Below are positions 39,911-54,056 of a stretch of 64,000 nucleotides of DNA, piece after piece. The DNA comes from the human T2T-CHM13v2.0 reference genome, Homo sapiens: the NCBI RefSeq assembly GCF_009914755.1, contig NC_060926.1; one strand, given 5' to 3'. The notes beneath the pieces are model-generated. The model had not been told where the DNA came from. It was given only the letters and a program-made list of their open reading frames with translations, and made no database searches. Position 1 is the first letter of the stretch. Each line of letters begins with the position of its first letter. A program made the position numbers and the translations under genes.

Positions 39911-42900
39911 TATATTAATTGTAGAATGCCTCTGACTAAATTTGGACTCGTTGTGTTTCTCCTTATTTCACAGATAAGTGAAGCACAGACAGGTTAAGAT
40001 TGCTCAAAGTCACACATTTAGCACATGGTGAACCTGCACCTGGAATTGAAGTCCTTTTGAATTTTGGTCCATGGGAAAACAGACATGGGACAGCAAGAGC
40101 ATTTTGTAAACCTGGTCAGGCAAAGATGCTGACAAGGGCTGGGGTATGGGGTGTGGGGGAAGGGAGAAGGTAGGGGAACAAAGGTCAACAGAAGCAGCTG
40201 GGGGCCAGCGTGATGGGGAGGAGGTCCTCACACATTCAGAGAGTTGTCCTGTCCTTCCCCCTAGTGCAGGGCTTCGTTTTGCATGCTTGCCCTCCTGAGC
40301 CTGGCTGTCCATCTCAGTGGTTCAAAGGTTGGCCTCGAAAAGGCCACGAGTTAGGCTGGACTCTCTGAGCACATCTACCTGTGTGTGTTCTGGTGTGAGC
40401 CCTCATGTGCTGATGGGAACCCCTGTGTGCTAAACACACCCACAGAGACAGGACCAGAGTGGCCACAGTGGGACATCCCATATCTATCCCATCTCCGGAG
40501 CCTGTTGAAAGTTGTGGACACAAACTTGCCTGCCCTCTGGCTGGGCTCGGCCCTAGACCAGCTAGAGCCTTTAGCCTGTCAGCTCTGGTCCTCTCTGTCC
40601 CAAGGAAAGAAATGAAGGAAAAGGATAAAAAGTTTCTACTTTTGGCCATGTGGTCCTGATGTCCTTGAAGGAGAAATTCTCACCAAACGAGCACAGCCCA
40701 GGGAGGAGGAGATGGTTTCTCAGCACCCGCTTTTCTCTGACTTCTCTCCCAGGCTCCTGCCACACATTCTCTAGACTGATTGTTAAGTTATTTTCAGAAA
40801 TTGTAAGACAAGATCTTTTTCTTTCTAAATCGTATTTTGCTTTTCCAACACATGTAGCGTTATGAAGAGGAGTACGGGATTTGTGGGCAGATAGACCTGC
40901 ATTGGAATCTTAGTTTGGCTGCCTTCTTTCTCTGCAATGTAGTAAAAATTTCTCTTTGAGCTTTAGTTTCCTCATCTGCACAAAGGGAATAATGGTGCTT
41001 ACCCTGCAATGTTATTTGGGGATTGAGATAACAGATATAAAAGGCCTTATCCTCTAGCCTGCCACATATTAAGCTCTCAATAAGTTACAGCTTAGAAATA
41101 AAAATTATTATGAACAAATATATTGATTTATATTAAATATCGGCTTCTGGAGAAATGATGTAAAAGAAAACCCAATGTAAATTCTTACTATCCTCTAACC
41201 TACTTTCTAGCAATTTCTATCAAAATGCAGAGTCGTCAAACTTTTCCAAGGCAAAACAACCCACACATTCATTATTTAAGCATTTCTAACAAAGGTGAGT
41301 ACCAATTTTGGCTCACTTTATAATAGGAAATAGCTGGTTGCATACCTCAAAGTTCAAAAGGCTAAAAAATACCAGGTTTTTCTTTAGAAAAGTTTCTCTT
41401 TACTTAGTAACACGTTTCCCTTTGATTTTCACAGTAGGCTGTTCTGTGTGGGAATGTTGGAGAGGAAACCTCAACGTTGAGAAATTCAGGCTGTGGGTCT
41501 GGGCTGCCGATTGAGATTCGTATCACAGGAAGCAAACTGAAACAATAGCTTTATGATATTAGCTGCCACGCTGGGCTGAGGACAGAACACACTCTTACAG
41601 GAACATCGGTGGAAATGCCACTTGATTGTCCTAAATCCTCTTTCAAGATGAGCCCCACAAACCATGAGCGAATCAGGGTCAACTCTGCATTCTGAGGGCA
41701 TTAAACCGCAGTGAATATACAAAATTTGCTTTTCATTGTAAAACTGAATTTTGGGCTTGCCCAAACTCATACATGGCGAAATCAAATTCATTTTCCATGG
41801 ACCTGGAGATCAGCGTGAAGCAAGGTTTCTAAAGAGAAGTGTCAGTTGCATTATGGATTCATCATCATTTGCTTAGCGAAGACATCAGTTATAACAAGAG
41901 ATTATATTTTCCTGATCTCTAGACTACTAAGGGAAGGATATTAAAATGTGAGACAAGTGATTTTAAAGTTTTTAAGGCTTGATATGACCTTTCCATGCAG
42001 GAAAAGTGGGACAAAGAAAGAATTGTGGAGGCAGATATATGTTCTGGTACCCTCTCACACCCCACTTTCAGACTTCTTTTCCCAGGCTTTCACTCCTACC
42101 TCCACCCCTTTGTCCCACCCACTCCAAATCAAGGCCTTTTTCTGTCCTGTTTGGAAAGAACTCAATAAGCTGATTCATGTGAGGATGTTAATGGGTGAGA
42201 ACAGCTAATATACAGTCTCTTCTAGAGATACTGACTTTGTTCAGATCATTCCTTTAACTTAAACTAAAAAGTCCGGTCAGTCAACAGGTGTTTGCTGAAC
42301 CCAGTCCTGTACTACATCAAGGGTAATACAGAGAGGCAAGATAGGATAGTAAGATACATGCAAAGAACAAAGGCATGAATCTCTCCTAGTGGACTTTCAG
42401 GACTCTCAGGGAGCCCAGGAAGATCAGGAAGGACACAGTGCCTTCTGTCAAAGGCATCAGAGGAGCCCAGGCCTGCTAATGGTGGCATTTAAAGGTATGG
42501 CTAAGGATCCAGTAAGCGATCCCAGAGTGATTTCCCTGTGGCTTGACTGGCACTGCTCTTGCAGTCTGCACATCCGGGAGGGCGGGGTTTGAGGGGCCAG
42601 GCTGTGGGTCAGGTGGAGGGGAGGAATCAGTTTAGGCAGAGCCTTAGAAGGAAGGCCCCTGTGGTGGTCACAAAGTGGTAACTGCCAAGCACATCTGAAC
42701 CAGGAAGACCCCATCAGAATGGCTTTAAGAACAGTCAGAGCAGTCCTGGAACTTCTCGGAGTAGGAAACAAGAGGCAAAGCGACCTTGGTGGAATAAAAT
42801 TGCAGCCAGCATTCTGACCAGCAGCACCGTGGGGCAGCCTGGTCTCTGAGACCACTCAGGAGCCTCTGCTCTGCCACTCTGCCTGCTCTCTCCCAATGCA

Positions 42901-44277
42901 CAGCCCCTGCTGCCCAGGAAGTCCCACCCCACATGGGCGGTGCTGCCTGAAGGAAATGAGCGTTGCTCCGGAAAAAGTGCTCCAAAACCTCAGCCCGCGC
43001 ATATCCTGGCTGTGGGGAGTCATCAAAGCCTGTTTACCGGGGCTATTTTTAGCATTAAAGAATCTTGTTATGCTCCCCAGGACGGGCATGCACTTTCTCA
43101 GCAGAGCACCTCTGGTTTTAATGAGCCATCTCTCGTCTTTGGGGTCAGACCCTGAAGGGTCCTCGGAAGCAAGTAACTGAGATCTGGAGCCCAGGATGAT
43201 TTACAGACCCACTTGGTGGCTTACTGAGCACCTACTCTGGGCTCCTCACTTTGTTCTGACCAAGAGTTGATGCTGGATTGTGGCGTCACCTTACAGCAGT
43301 TTATCTGTCTTCCCCACCAGTCTGTCGATTCCGAGGGAAGGAACTGCCCTTACACCTTTCAGTATCCCTGATTCTCCTTAAGACAGGACTGAGCACACAG
43401 TAAGTGACACTTCTGGACAGATTACCTTGTGCCTAGCATAAAGCAGACATGAACACAGTAGAAACTTAATAATGGTGTAGGGAGCGCGTGCATTTTCCCA
43501 TGTCCGTAACACTGAGTAGGATATTAATGGTACGTCAGGGAAGACACGATGTTCATAGGGGAAGAGGCAGAAGGGTCTTCAGCAGATTTGTGACATGAGC
43601 CTCCATGGTGAGGGGCTACCTCCTGGCTCCCCAGTTTTCACTCTCAGCTCCAAGCTGGGAGTGACCTGGCCAGGTTCCTTCAGAAGCTCCCAGGAGAACA
43701 AGCAGGTGCTGTGAGGGCAACTAGTTCCACAGAGGGAAGAGACCCTGTCCCGGCCCTGCCGTCACAGGGTCCCTGGGGCCAACCTGCTGGCTTCCTGGTC
43801 CTCCAGCCATTGTGACCGCAGTCCCAAGACATTCTGTTACCCTTCGTGGCCCTAGATTGCCCCTCTCCCTCCCGGAGGCCAGCTGACCCGATGCTGCTGT
43901 AGCCGATTTCGCCACCTCCTGGAAGCAAATGCACTGGGCATGGGTGGAAACCAGTTTGGCTGTGTTGGAACTGTTAAAAACAGGAAATTTTAAGCAGGAC
44001 TATTTCCTCTGGGACTAGTTAACCCAAATAGGGTTGTCTTGGGATTACTTCAGATTTTGAAGTCAGCGTTACCACTGAGATCAAAGAAATTGAAGAGAAA
44101 ATATCTTCTCGGTTGGCTAGAAACCACAGGGTTGGCCTCTGTGTATCTACAGAAGGTGGTCACCTATCTGGTGTGATTGAAGTGGCGCTGAAAACCTCTC
44201 CTCACTCATCTCCAAAATAAGTCACCACCTGCCAGCACAGGGTAATTAAGGTCACTCGTAGGATCTTTGAGTTGAGG

Positions 44278-44602
44278 CCATAGCTCTCAGCATGTGGTCC
44301 TATGAGTAGCAGGGTCAGCATCACCTGGGAACTTTTTAGAAAAACAGATCCTCAGTTCTACTGAACCAGGAACCCAGCAGGGGCCCGTCCAGGGCCAGCT
44401 TCATGGGCGTGCAGCACAGGCAGTCTTAGAGGGCGCCACACTTAGAAAGTTCTCAGGCTTGGTTTAATTTTTCCAATGAGAGGTCTCACATTTTTATTTT
44501 GCACTGGGCCACGCAAATTATGTAGCAGTGCTGGTCTCAGAAATGTTTCTTTCAGCCTGGCCTATAGATGATTCTGATGCATACTCAAATTTGAAAGCAC
44601 TG
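44278..44602. mobile_element. MER5A-like element interrupted by MER45A
   Basis: tctcagcatgtggtcc...cagcatcacctgggaact on the left; gatgattctgatgcatactcaaatttgaaagcactg on the right. Confidence 0.7.
44390..44533 (+). mobile_element. MER45A (hAT-Tip100)
   Basis: cagggccagcttcatgggcgtgc ... ttttgcactgggccacgcaaattatgtagc matches the recalled MER45A termini. Confidence 0.82.
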
Positions 44603-45369
44603 AGTTAAGTCATTTTCTCCCCTAAAGCCCCTGTTCAAATGAAGATTTTAGCTGGGAAAGCTAACATTCACAGTGGCATCGCCCACACCTGGGACATTGC
44701 ATCATCGCTTCAGCGGGCTGATGAGCTGGCAGAGAACAGGTGTATCAGCAGAAACCCCAAGCAGGGATCAGGTGTGCGTATGTGTATGGTGTAAGGTCAT
44801 TCCCATGACCTGTGGTTCTCCCCTCTCCAGGCTAGCCGCCTGAACCAGGGTGTGCAGAGGAAAGAATTTCCCTTGTTTCACCATTTTAGCAGAACAGAGG
44901 GAAAGCCACCGGGGCATTACTCTGTACAACCCAACTCTTGGCTCTGAAGGCTTGCCCATCCCCGGACAGGACCCACTGTGATCCTCTGCAAAAGGCATCT
45001 GTGACTCTGGCGTGTTCTCTGATCCTGTGTCCTGAAAGATAGCTGGTCCCCTTTGCCTTCACTGAAGCCTCTTGGTAGGAAGATCTTGTAATGTGGATTT
45101 GTTCTTCTTGAGGAATAACAGCAGGTAACCCAAAGCTTAAATTTAGAGGCTCCAGGAAAAAGATAAAAGAGAAACCCAGTTCCCTTGCAGAAAGGCCCTT
45201 GAACGACATTTCACAGCATTGATGTGTCCCTGGCCAAGTGGCCCATAAATTGAATTGCATTCTACATTCCTTAGAATAGTCTCCATTTGGAAGACTCCTT
45301 TTAGTTCAGTGAATGTTAATGTTTGCAAGTGACATATTACTCTCATCCACTTGTTCTGTAAATCAAGTG

Positions 45370-45655
45370 AGGCATATTTTGATTGATGTTTGCACTGGAT
45401 AAATACAAATTTTCATAAGAAAATGTCTTTGGAGTTAAATAATGAACTAGGAGAAGAGGGCTGAAATAAAGTCTGTGGTTTGTGTATAACAACCAAAGGC
45501 CTGGGGCCTAAGAGGTTTTTTTTGGTCTGGGACAAGAGCCGAGTCTATATTTTTCAGATAGCAGAGGTATACTAGATAGGGCAGGATACTCAAAGTGTGG
45601 GTGGTTCGGGGTGGAAGTTTTCCTAGGCTGCACCCAGCAACCACCTGTACGGCCT
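45370..45655. repeat. Copy 1 of a direct + inverted duplication
   Basis: 45370-45549 is repeated directly at 46654-46840; 45595-45655 is repeated inverted at 46840-46900. Confidence 0.92.
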
Positions 45656-46653
45656 GCTGAGAATGCAGTTGCCTGCTCACTCTGTTTTGCACCTCTGGGC
45701 TTCACTCTCTCCAAACCATTCTGTACGCCATTGCCAGACTAATCTCCCCAAAGCAGTGCTTTGAGATGCACTCCTCTGATCACATTTGCTTGACATGTGA
45801 GGCCCCTCCAGGACACTGGGCCTGCCTCACCAGCCCAATCTCTGAGACTGGGAAATGGATTCTCTTCTTCAGCCAGATGGGCCTCTCTTCAGTCCTAGGA
45901 CTGAAGCTTGCTCCAGGTGTTTTCCAGTGTTCACACAATCCCGTCTGGTTCAGAAGGCCCTTCTTGCATTCCACAGAGTGAAATCTGTTTTTTCTAAGAC
46001 TCTTCAAATCTTCTTTGCAACAGTTAGTTGTCTGTGATCACCCCAAAGCGACCCCCTCGTCCTCTGACCCCTTAGAGCTCTTCCCATCTACACTTTTCCT
46101 TGGGAGCCCAGCTATGACACCCTTGAACTTTTATTTAGCTTTGCATCTCTGAGTGCTACATATTCCTCACCTGGGATCTGAGCAATTTGAGGGTAGTGCA
46201 TGTCTTGGAGCAGAAAGAAGAAAGAATTTACTGTTCTTATAGTTTTAGGCACTTTACATACTTATCCTTACAATTCAGAGATGGAAATTGTTATTCCCAT
46301 TTAGCTGATGAGGAAAGTGATATCCAAAGAGGTTGTTACTTATCCAGAGTCATAGCCTAATAGGAGGCTGATCTAGGAATAGAACCTGTGTTTAACTCCA
46401 AAGCCTATGAATGGTTGAGTGTGGCTTCTGGATTCAGCTGTCAAAGCTTGCTAGCTTTGCAATCTTTATACCTTTGGACAAATGGCTTAACCTCTCTACA
46501 CTTCATCTGTAAAATGAGATTAAGAATAGTAGCTACCTCGTCGGTCACTGTGAAGATTACATAGCATGCTTAGTGCAGTACCTTTCATGTAGTAATTGCA
46601 GTATATATTAGCAGCTAAAATTTGTTCCTACTACTACGACTACCATTATATTC

Positions 46654-46900
46654 AGGCATACTTTGATTGATGTTTGCACTGGATAAATACAGATTTTCAT
46701 AAGTAAATGTCTTTGGAGATAAATAATGAACTAGGAGAAGAGGGCTAGAGGGCTGAAATAAAGTCTGTGGTCTGTGTATAACAGCCAAAGGCCTGGGGCC
46801 TAAAAGGTTTTTGTGGTCTGGGACAAGAGCTGAGTCTATAGGCTGTACAGGTGGTTGCTGGGGGCAGCTTGGGAAAACTTCCACCCTGAACCACTCACAC
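46654..46900. repeat. Copy 2 of a direct + inverted duplication
   Basis: See 45370-45655. Confidence 0.92.
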
Positions 46901-47167
46901 AGCAGCTCCTACTGCTCTCATTACTAGTGCCAGAAGTACTGTTGTCACAACAAGCACACTGTCCTCACAGCTCCCGTCAGGGTGTCCTCTGTGCAGTGGT
47001 GCCTGCTGCCAGGCGGAGGCAGACATTCAGATGGTTGGCAGTATGCGTTTCCAGAAAAGTCCACCCAATGCCTTTGCACCATCCCTGGCAAATGCCTATC
47101 TGTGCCAGTCACATCTGTTTTCACTCCACATTCATGCAAGCTGTCCCACCCCCCGCTCTCTTTCCAG

Positions 47168-47319
47168 TTTGCTCTGAAAACGAGTCCGAAGCCGAAGCTG
47201 ACCAGCAGATGGACAACTTGTACCTGAAAGCCTTGGAGGGTTTCATTGCCGTGGTGACCCAAGATGGCGACATGATCTTTCTGTCAGAAAACATCAGCAA
47301 GTTCATGGGACTTACACAG
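47168..47319 (+). CDS. EPAS1: EPAS1 coding exon 3 (152 nt), start of PAS-A
   Basis: [51 protein letters not shown]. Acceptor tttccag|T, donor CAG|gtgaca. Phase matches exon 2. Confidence 0.98.
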
Positions 47320-47716
47320 GTGACACCCTCCTCTATCTCTTTCAAAAGAAGAAATGTTTCCATTTGGGGGTAGAAATGAGTGGAAGGTGCTAGCCACAAT
47401 CCCACTTGACCTCTCCCTGCAAATGCCCACGGTGACCCTCGCTGACCTCAGGCCACACGCCTCAGGCCACACTCCCACCCCCAAGCATTGGGTTTGGCTT
47501 TGCTCATGTCCATCCTGGTAGACAGCTCTCTACTGACTCATTAACAGACCAAGTCTCTGTCATCATCAGTAGTCCCCGATTACATCTTTCTGTCTGTGGA
47601 CCTGACACTGGACTGGGATTATGAGAAAACCCAATTCAGTCTCCTCCCTGCCTCCAAATCTGGAAGGTGGCTCAGCTTACTCTTGGAGTCTTTTACTTCA
47701 CTGTTAGGAATAATGA

Positions 47717-47989
<273 letters not shown>

Positions 47990-48183
47990 TGAGAGGATCC
48001 AGTACTCAGAAATATCTCCTGCTGGCCCTGCATGGTGCCTGGTGTCCCACTACTAGGGGACACCTTTGGGTTAGGACACTGTCTCTAGGAGGTTTCATCA
48101 CCCAAGAGTCAAGCATCTCTGCCAAATGACACCACCCAAACCAATGAGGAACTAGTCTGTGCCAAAGTGCTCATAGTAACTAC

Positions 48184-48706
48184 TGTAGTTATCTATTGCT
48201 GTCTAACAAACCACCTATAACATAGGGCTTTGATGATTATCTCCCAGGGTTCTGTGGGTTCAGTGGGTGGGTCTTGTACTCCATGTGATGTCAGCTGGGC
48301 TGCAGTCATCTGGGGGCCAGACTAGGCTGGGGTGATCAGGATAGCTCACACACGTCTGGGACCTTGTGGCAGGTGGCTGGAACCCTGGACTCAGTTGGCA
48401 TGCTGGGACAACAGGACTGTTCTCTCACTCTATGGAGACTCAGAGACTCTTCCTCTCCATATGGTGTCTCTAGGGTAGCCAGACATCTTACGTGGCAGTT
48501 TAGGGCTCCCAGAAGCACTAAAGTGGAAGCTGCCAGGCCTTCTGAAGGCTTTGTCCCCAGATTGGCAGAGCATCACTTCTGCCCCATCTTGTTGGTTAGA
48601 GCATGTTACAGGCCAGCCCTGGCTCATTGTGGGAGGAAACTACACGAAGCCATGAGTGTCAAAAGGCATGGCTTGTTGGAGCTACTTTTGGAGAAGAGCT
48701 ACCACA
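48184..48706. mobile_element. MLT1 (G/H-like) solo LTR
   Basis: tgtagttatctattgctg...aacaaaccac ... gcatcacttctgcc ... ctaccaca, with TG...CA termini. Confidence 0.78.
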
Positions 48707-49995
48707 GGAAATGGTACCCTGATGAGACGTAGGTCAAGTAGGTTTTGATGGAGAAGAGGTTTAAAAAGATGTAGCATTCAGGACCTTACCCATGGGGATA
48801 CCCAGCAGGTGCCAGTAGATGAGAGGACCCACACAGGCAGAAAGCACGTTGCAATGGTTGCAATGGCAGTGGAGCTTCCTGTCTTGTAACTGTGGCCATT
48901 CAACAAAGGCATGAATAGGGACATTGTTAAGAGGACTGAAGCTTTGGTCAGAATTGGGGCTTAATGACTGTCAAGGTCCCTTCCAAACCTGAGATTCTGT
49001 CACTGGTCTGGGGAGATTCTGTGCATGTCTAGATGTCCTCTTTAACAACCTCACCTGTCACTGCCATGGGGCTTGTGCTTGTCCAGCCTGAATAACAGAG
49101 GCAGTGAGGCTAAGCCTACAAGGTTTGGCTCTTATTACCACACACGCTGCAAAAACAGACACTTCATTGGCTCACCTCCACCCTATTACAGACTGAGTCT
49201 GCAGTCCACATTTGGGCCTGCAAAGTACAGAATCACAACCACCTCCTCTTCTACCACTGCCACAGCTCCCTCACCCAGCTCCTCTGCTCTCTCTTCTGCA
49301 GGCCTTAGACCACCTGGGTCCTAGGGTACACTGGCAGAGAGCACCCTGTAGGCTGCTCAGTGTCTTGTCTGGTTCTGTGGGGAAAGGGCTACCAGACTTT
49401 CTAAAGCTCTCTAAAAAGAGGATTCATGTTCTGCATGGGTAGGTGCTTGAAGCCTGAGAAAGCCTGAGAAAACCAAAGACTGATTTCTTCTGTACTCCAG
49501 AAACCCTTTGGCCTTTGGGTTCTTAGTGTCAGTTCAGCCACTGACCATAGTCTGAGTTTGAGTCTGTGACCAGAAGCAAGTACCCTACTTCTCTGTTCCT
49601 CAGAGTCTTTCTTTTCAAATTGATGGTATTGGACTAGGCAAAGGCGACAACCTTTCAGTTCTCAAGTGCCATGATTCACAGCCAAGTGACCTCTAATTAT
49701 CTGAGTAGAACTTTAGATCTCTTGATCTGCATATTGAGGACTTGGGATCAGTCAAACTCAATGCATCAGCAAATCTTCACTGAAGGTGCCAGCCTATGGG
49801 TGGACTCGTGATCTAGACCTAAAGGGTTAGTGTGAGTTCCTAGAGGAAAAGAAAGCCATGAGGCAGATTGTGGAAGGCTTTGAAGGCCAGGTGGAGGGCC
49901 TTGAACTTTATTCCATAGACAATGGGGAGCTATTGAAGGTTTCTGTGCAGGGGTGGAGTGATCTGTGTGGAGCAGTGTTTAGAAAGAATGATCAA

Positions 49996-50316
<321 letters not shown>

Positions 50317-51581
50317 TCAAATGTCAGCATGGGGAGAATCCAGAGGTTAGCAAGTTAAGAGGCCTCAATAATACCCCAGCAACAGCCACAAATGAATCCC
50401 TCCAGCCCCCTTATACCCAACAACTGGTCTGGTCCTGGTGGTGGGGCCAGATCCCAAGATACAGGTATATCTCATTGTATGCTAACCCCACCTCTGAAAA
50501 TTAAAATGGCAAGAATCATAATTTGGTATGGGAGAAATGGTTTTATAATCGTGATGAAGGAATGTTCTCTCTTTTTTAAAAAAATTCACTATTCAGTCTG
50601 TTACTGAGTGGGGTCCCCTAAGGATGTTGAAGTTTTGTTCAAGGGTGCCACAGTTCCTTTGACACATAACTCTTCAGGAATATGTCAGTCAAGATCCTCT
50701 GGAAGTTTAAGTGCAGGGGCTGGTGACTGTTCCTGGAGGAAGGAGTGTGACTATTCGAAACAAGGCTCTAGATTGTTCTATGATGCTGGGTAGGGGGCAG
50801 GATTATATCTTTGAAAGTAGGTACCAGAGATGGTGGTGTAGGCAGGATTTAGACACAGACAAGTGGGATTCAGCTGGCACTCTTCATTACTTTGTTTTAC
50901 AAAAAGTGGAAAATGGTTCTGAATCGGGAGGCTGTTTGGCAACTATAAGGAAGTAAGCTATATTGCTGGTCTTGGTGATTTAATTTTTGCCGAGAGAGAG
51001 GATATGATCCAGGTTGAGTTAATCCATAAAGTGGACTTGCTCACCAAGTCCACTGTAAGGAGATTCGTACCAGAGTTCTCTCTAGAGCCTTGATACATAT
51101 GTCACTTCAGGGACAAAGCTAATGGCATGGTATCCTGAACACAGCTATTGCAGTTTGCAAATGGGGTACAGGAGGGGTTAAATTCCTCCTGAGAGACAGG
51201 TTATAAAGGAAAGACGGGAGTGTCGGAGAGACATTTCTAACCTGTGAGGAAGGCTTACACCCTTGGAGTAACTGTGGCCTCACTCAGACTGTCCCTTGGA
51301 ATTTCTGCGAGAAGACCTGGGCCTGCCCCAGGAAAGGGTGGCTGAGTTAGTGGCTGATAGGCAGTCGTTGTGTCGCTGCTCTGAAGGCACCACTGACCAT
51401 GTTCCAGATGCAATGGGAAATCAAATGATGGAGCAGCTCCTCCCTTGTGGGAGTTTATGCTCCAGTTGAGGAGATAAGCTTGAGAGTGGGAACCATTAGT
51501 TCACAGGCCATGATGGAGCTCAGTGTTGATGGCAGACCACAGGTGCTAAGAGAGCAGATATTTGGAAAATATAAACAATAG

Positions 51582-52124
<543 letters not shown>

Positions 52125-53988
52125 TAGGGGGCCATGGGTGTGTATGCTGTGGGCAGAGATGGGTCTTACCTGTGTGTGTGGGGAGTTGTGCCTGTATTAA
52201 AGGTGTGGAACTGAACATAGACGTGGTATTGCCGGGTGCATGTTCGTGGACCTGTGCCACTGTTTCATTGCATCAGTGCCCCTCAGAGGTTCCCGGTACT
52301 GTATTTGGTGGTCTCCCATTGACAGAGCCTCAGGGTCCATCTGCAGAGCTTTCCTGGTGTGCAACTCTTCTCATCATTGTGGTGTGAACATATTTCTCCA
52401 TACGTGTATCAGGCTCCTGAGGAAATTCTCAAGGCAGTCTTCTGCCCCAGGAGAAAGAGTCTAGAGACTTCCATCTGTACTCCTGCTTCAGAGGCCAGTA
52501 AGGAGCATCAGCTTCTGCCCTGGAGACTGACCCTCTTCCATTACTGACTGAGCCTTTCCCTCCGCCTTGTTCCTTCCTGCATGCAACTCCATTCCGGCCA
52601 GTGTCCAGCCATTTTGAAGAAGATGAAGGTAGCTGAGCCAGATGCTAACCCCCCAGTGCCAGGCCCAGTGTCTCTTAGGAGACACAGTAGTGATTAAGAG
52701 CATGGGCTTCAGGACTAGATGGCTTAGGTTCAAATTTAGTAATAAATGTTCAGTGTTAGCTCTTATTATCACCTTTATTAGAGTTGTTGAAAGAGTGCCT
52801 AAGACTGCTTAGGCATGTCATGCCATCTCGGGTTCTTAGCTCATTTAGAAGATTGAAGCAGGTGGGGAAGAGACTGGGGTTGTCATAGGAGGGAGTATTT
52901 AGATACCCTACAGCTCCTAACTCCCCCACCAGCCCTGCCTCTGGGACTGTGGAGCCTGATGATGGGAGGTAGGAGGAGGAAGATGGGGAGAACAGATGCC
53001 CGGAGCAATGGCCGGCCCCAGGGAGGGAAGGAAATGCAGAAGACTGGGCCCAGGGTAGGCCTGGCTTGAGTAGGCGCCACTGGGGCTTGCTGAGCAGCAC
53101 CCCCCGCATGCGCCCTTCCTGGCAGAGATCTCCCTGCCTGACCTCAGCTTTCTGCAGCATCTAGAGCCGCCATGTGTCCCAGGGTGACGGTTCCTGTGGC
53201 AGCTCTTTGCCACCCCCAACTCTTTGCCACTCTTCTCTCATCTTCTAGGGTTTCTCCTCAGGAAACCCTCAGATCTCAGTTTCCCCTTCTCCAAAATAGA
53301 GATAACACTTTCTAACCTGTTTCATGGGGTCACTGTAAAATGAGATAATGGCTGTGCAAGCACTTTGAGAAGTCCAGACACCACAACACATGTGAGGCTT
53401 CTTGTTATTGCTTATATCTTACTTCCTGTCCTTGGCCTCCTCCAAAGCAAAATCTTCCACTAAACTCAAGGAGCTGAAACCACTTCTGAAGGCAGTTAGT
53501 GGCTGGGGGGCAGGAAGAGGAAGAATCTGACCCCCAGATCAGCAAGAATCTGCCTTGTCTTCCTCAGCTAGCAGGAAACCATGGAACCCCAGGAAAAAAA
53601 GCTCCTGCTCAGCCTCCCCTAGGCCTACCCACTTTTCTCTTATCAGCTGGACATCCCAAGGGCATCTGGTTTCTTCATGGGAGGGACCCTCCTCTCCAGG
53701 ATGGGGTTTCTCTCCTCTGATTCCAGACCGGCCTGGTGTTGGTTGGTCGCCCCTTCTTAGAGTTGGCCACCACTTGTGGCACAATTTCAGAACTTTTGTA
53801 AAAGTATCCTTGAGTCATTCCTGTCCTTCAGTTCTGACCACAGTAGGGCCAGGATTCACAGCCTTTGGAGCTAGTGGGTAGTTATATAAGTAGAAAGAAA
53901 TGCTCTAACCTCATAGGGAGAAAATGTCATGCATGAAGCCTTCCGTCCTGGAACTTCGACACAGTCACCATTTATTGTAATTGTTAGT

Positions 53989-54056
53989 GGTGGTGGTGGT
54001 GGTGGTGGTGGTGGTGGTGGTGGTGGTGGTGGTGGTGATGATGATAATGATGGTGG
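53989..54056. repeat. (GGT)16 trinucleotide repeat grading into (GAT)n
   Basis: Perfect GGT run at 53989-54036, then gatgatgataatgatggtgg. Confidence 0.95.

Noticed and set aside
51030-51054. Perfect 10-bp hairpin AGTGGACTTG-ctcac-CAAGTCCACT
   Set aside because: Roughly expected by chance in a window this size. It is too short for a pre-miRNA and lacks the IRE CAGUGN loop.
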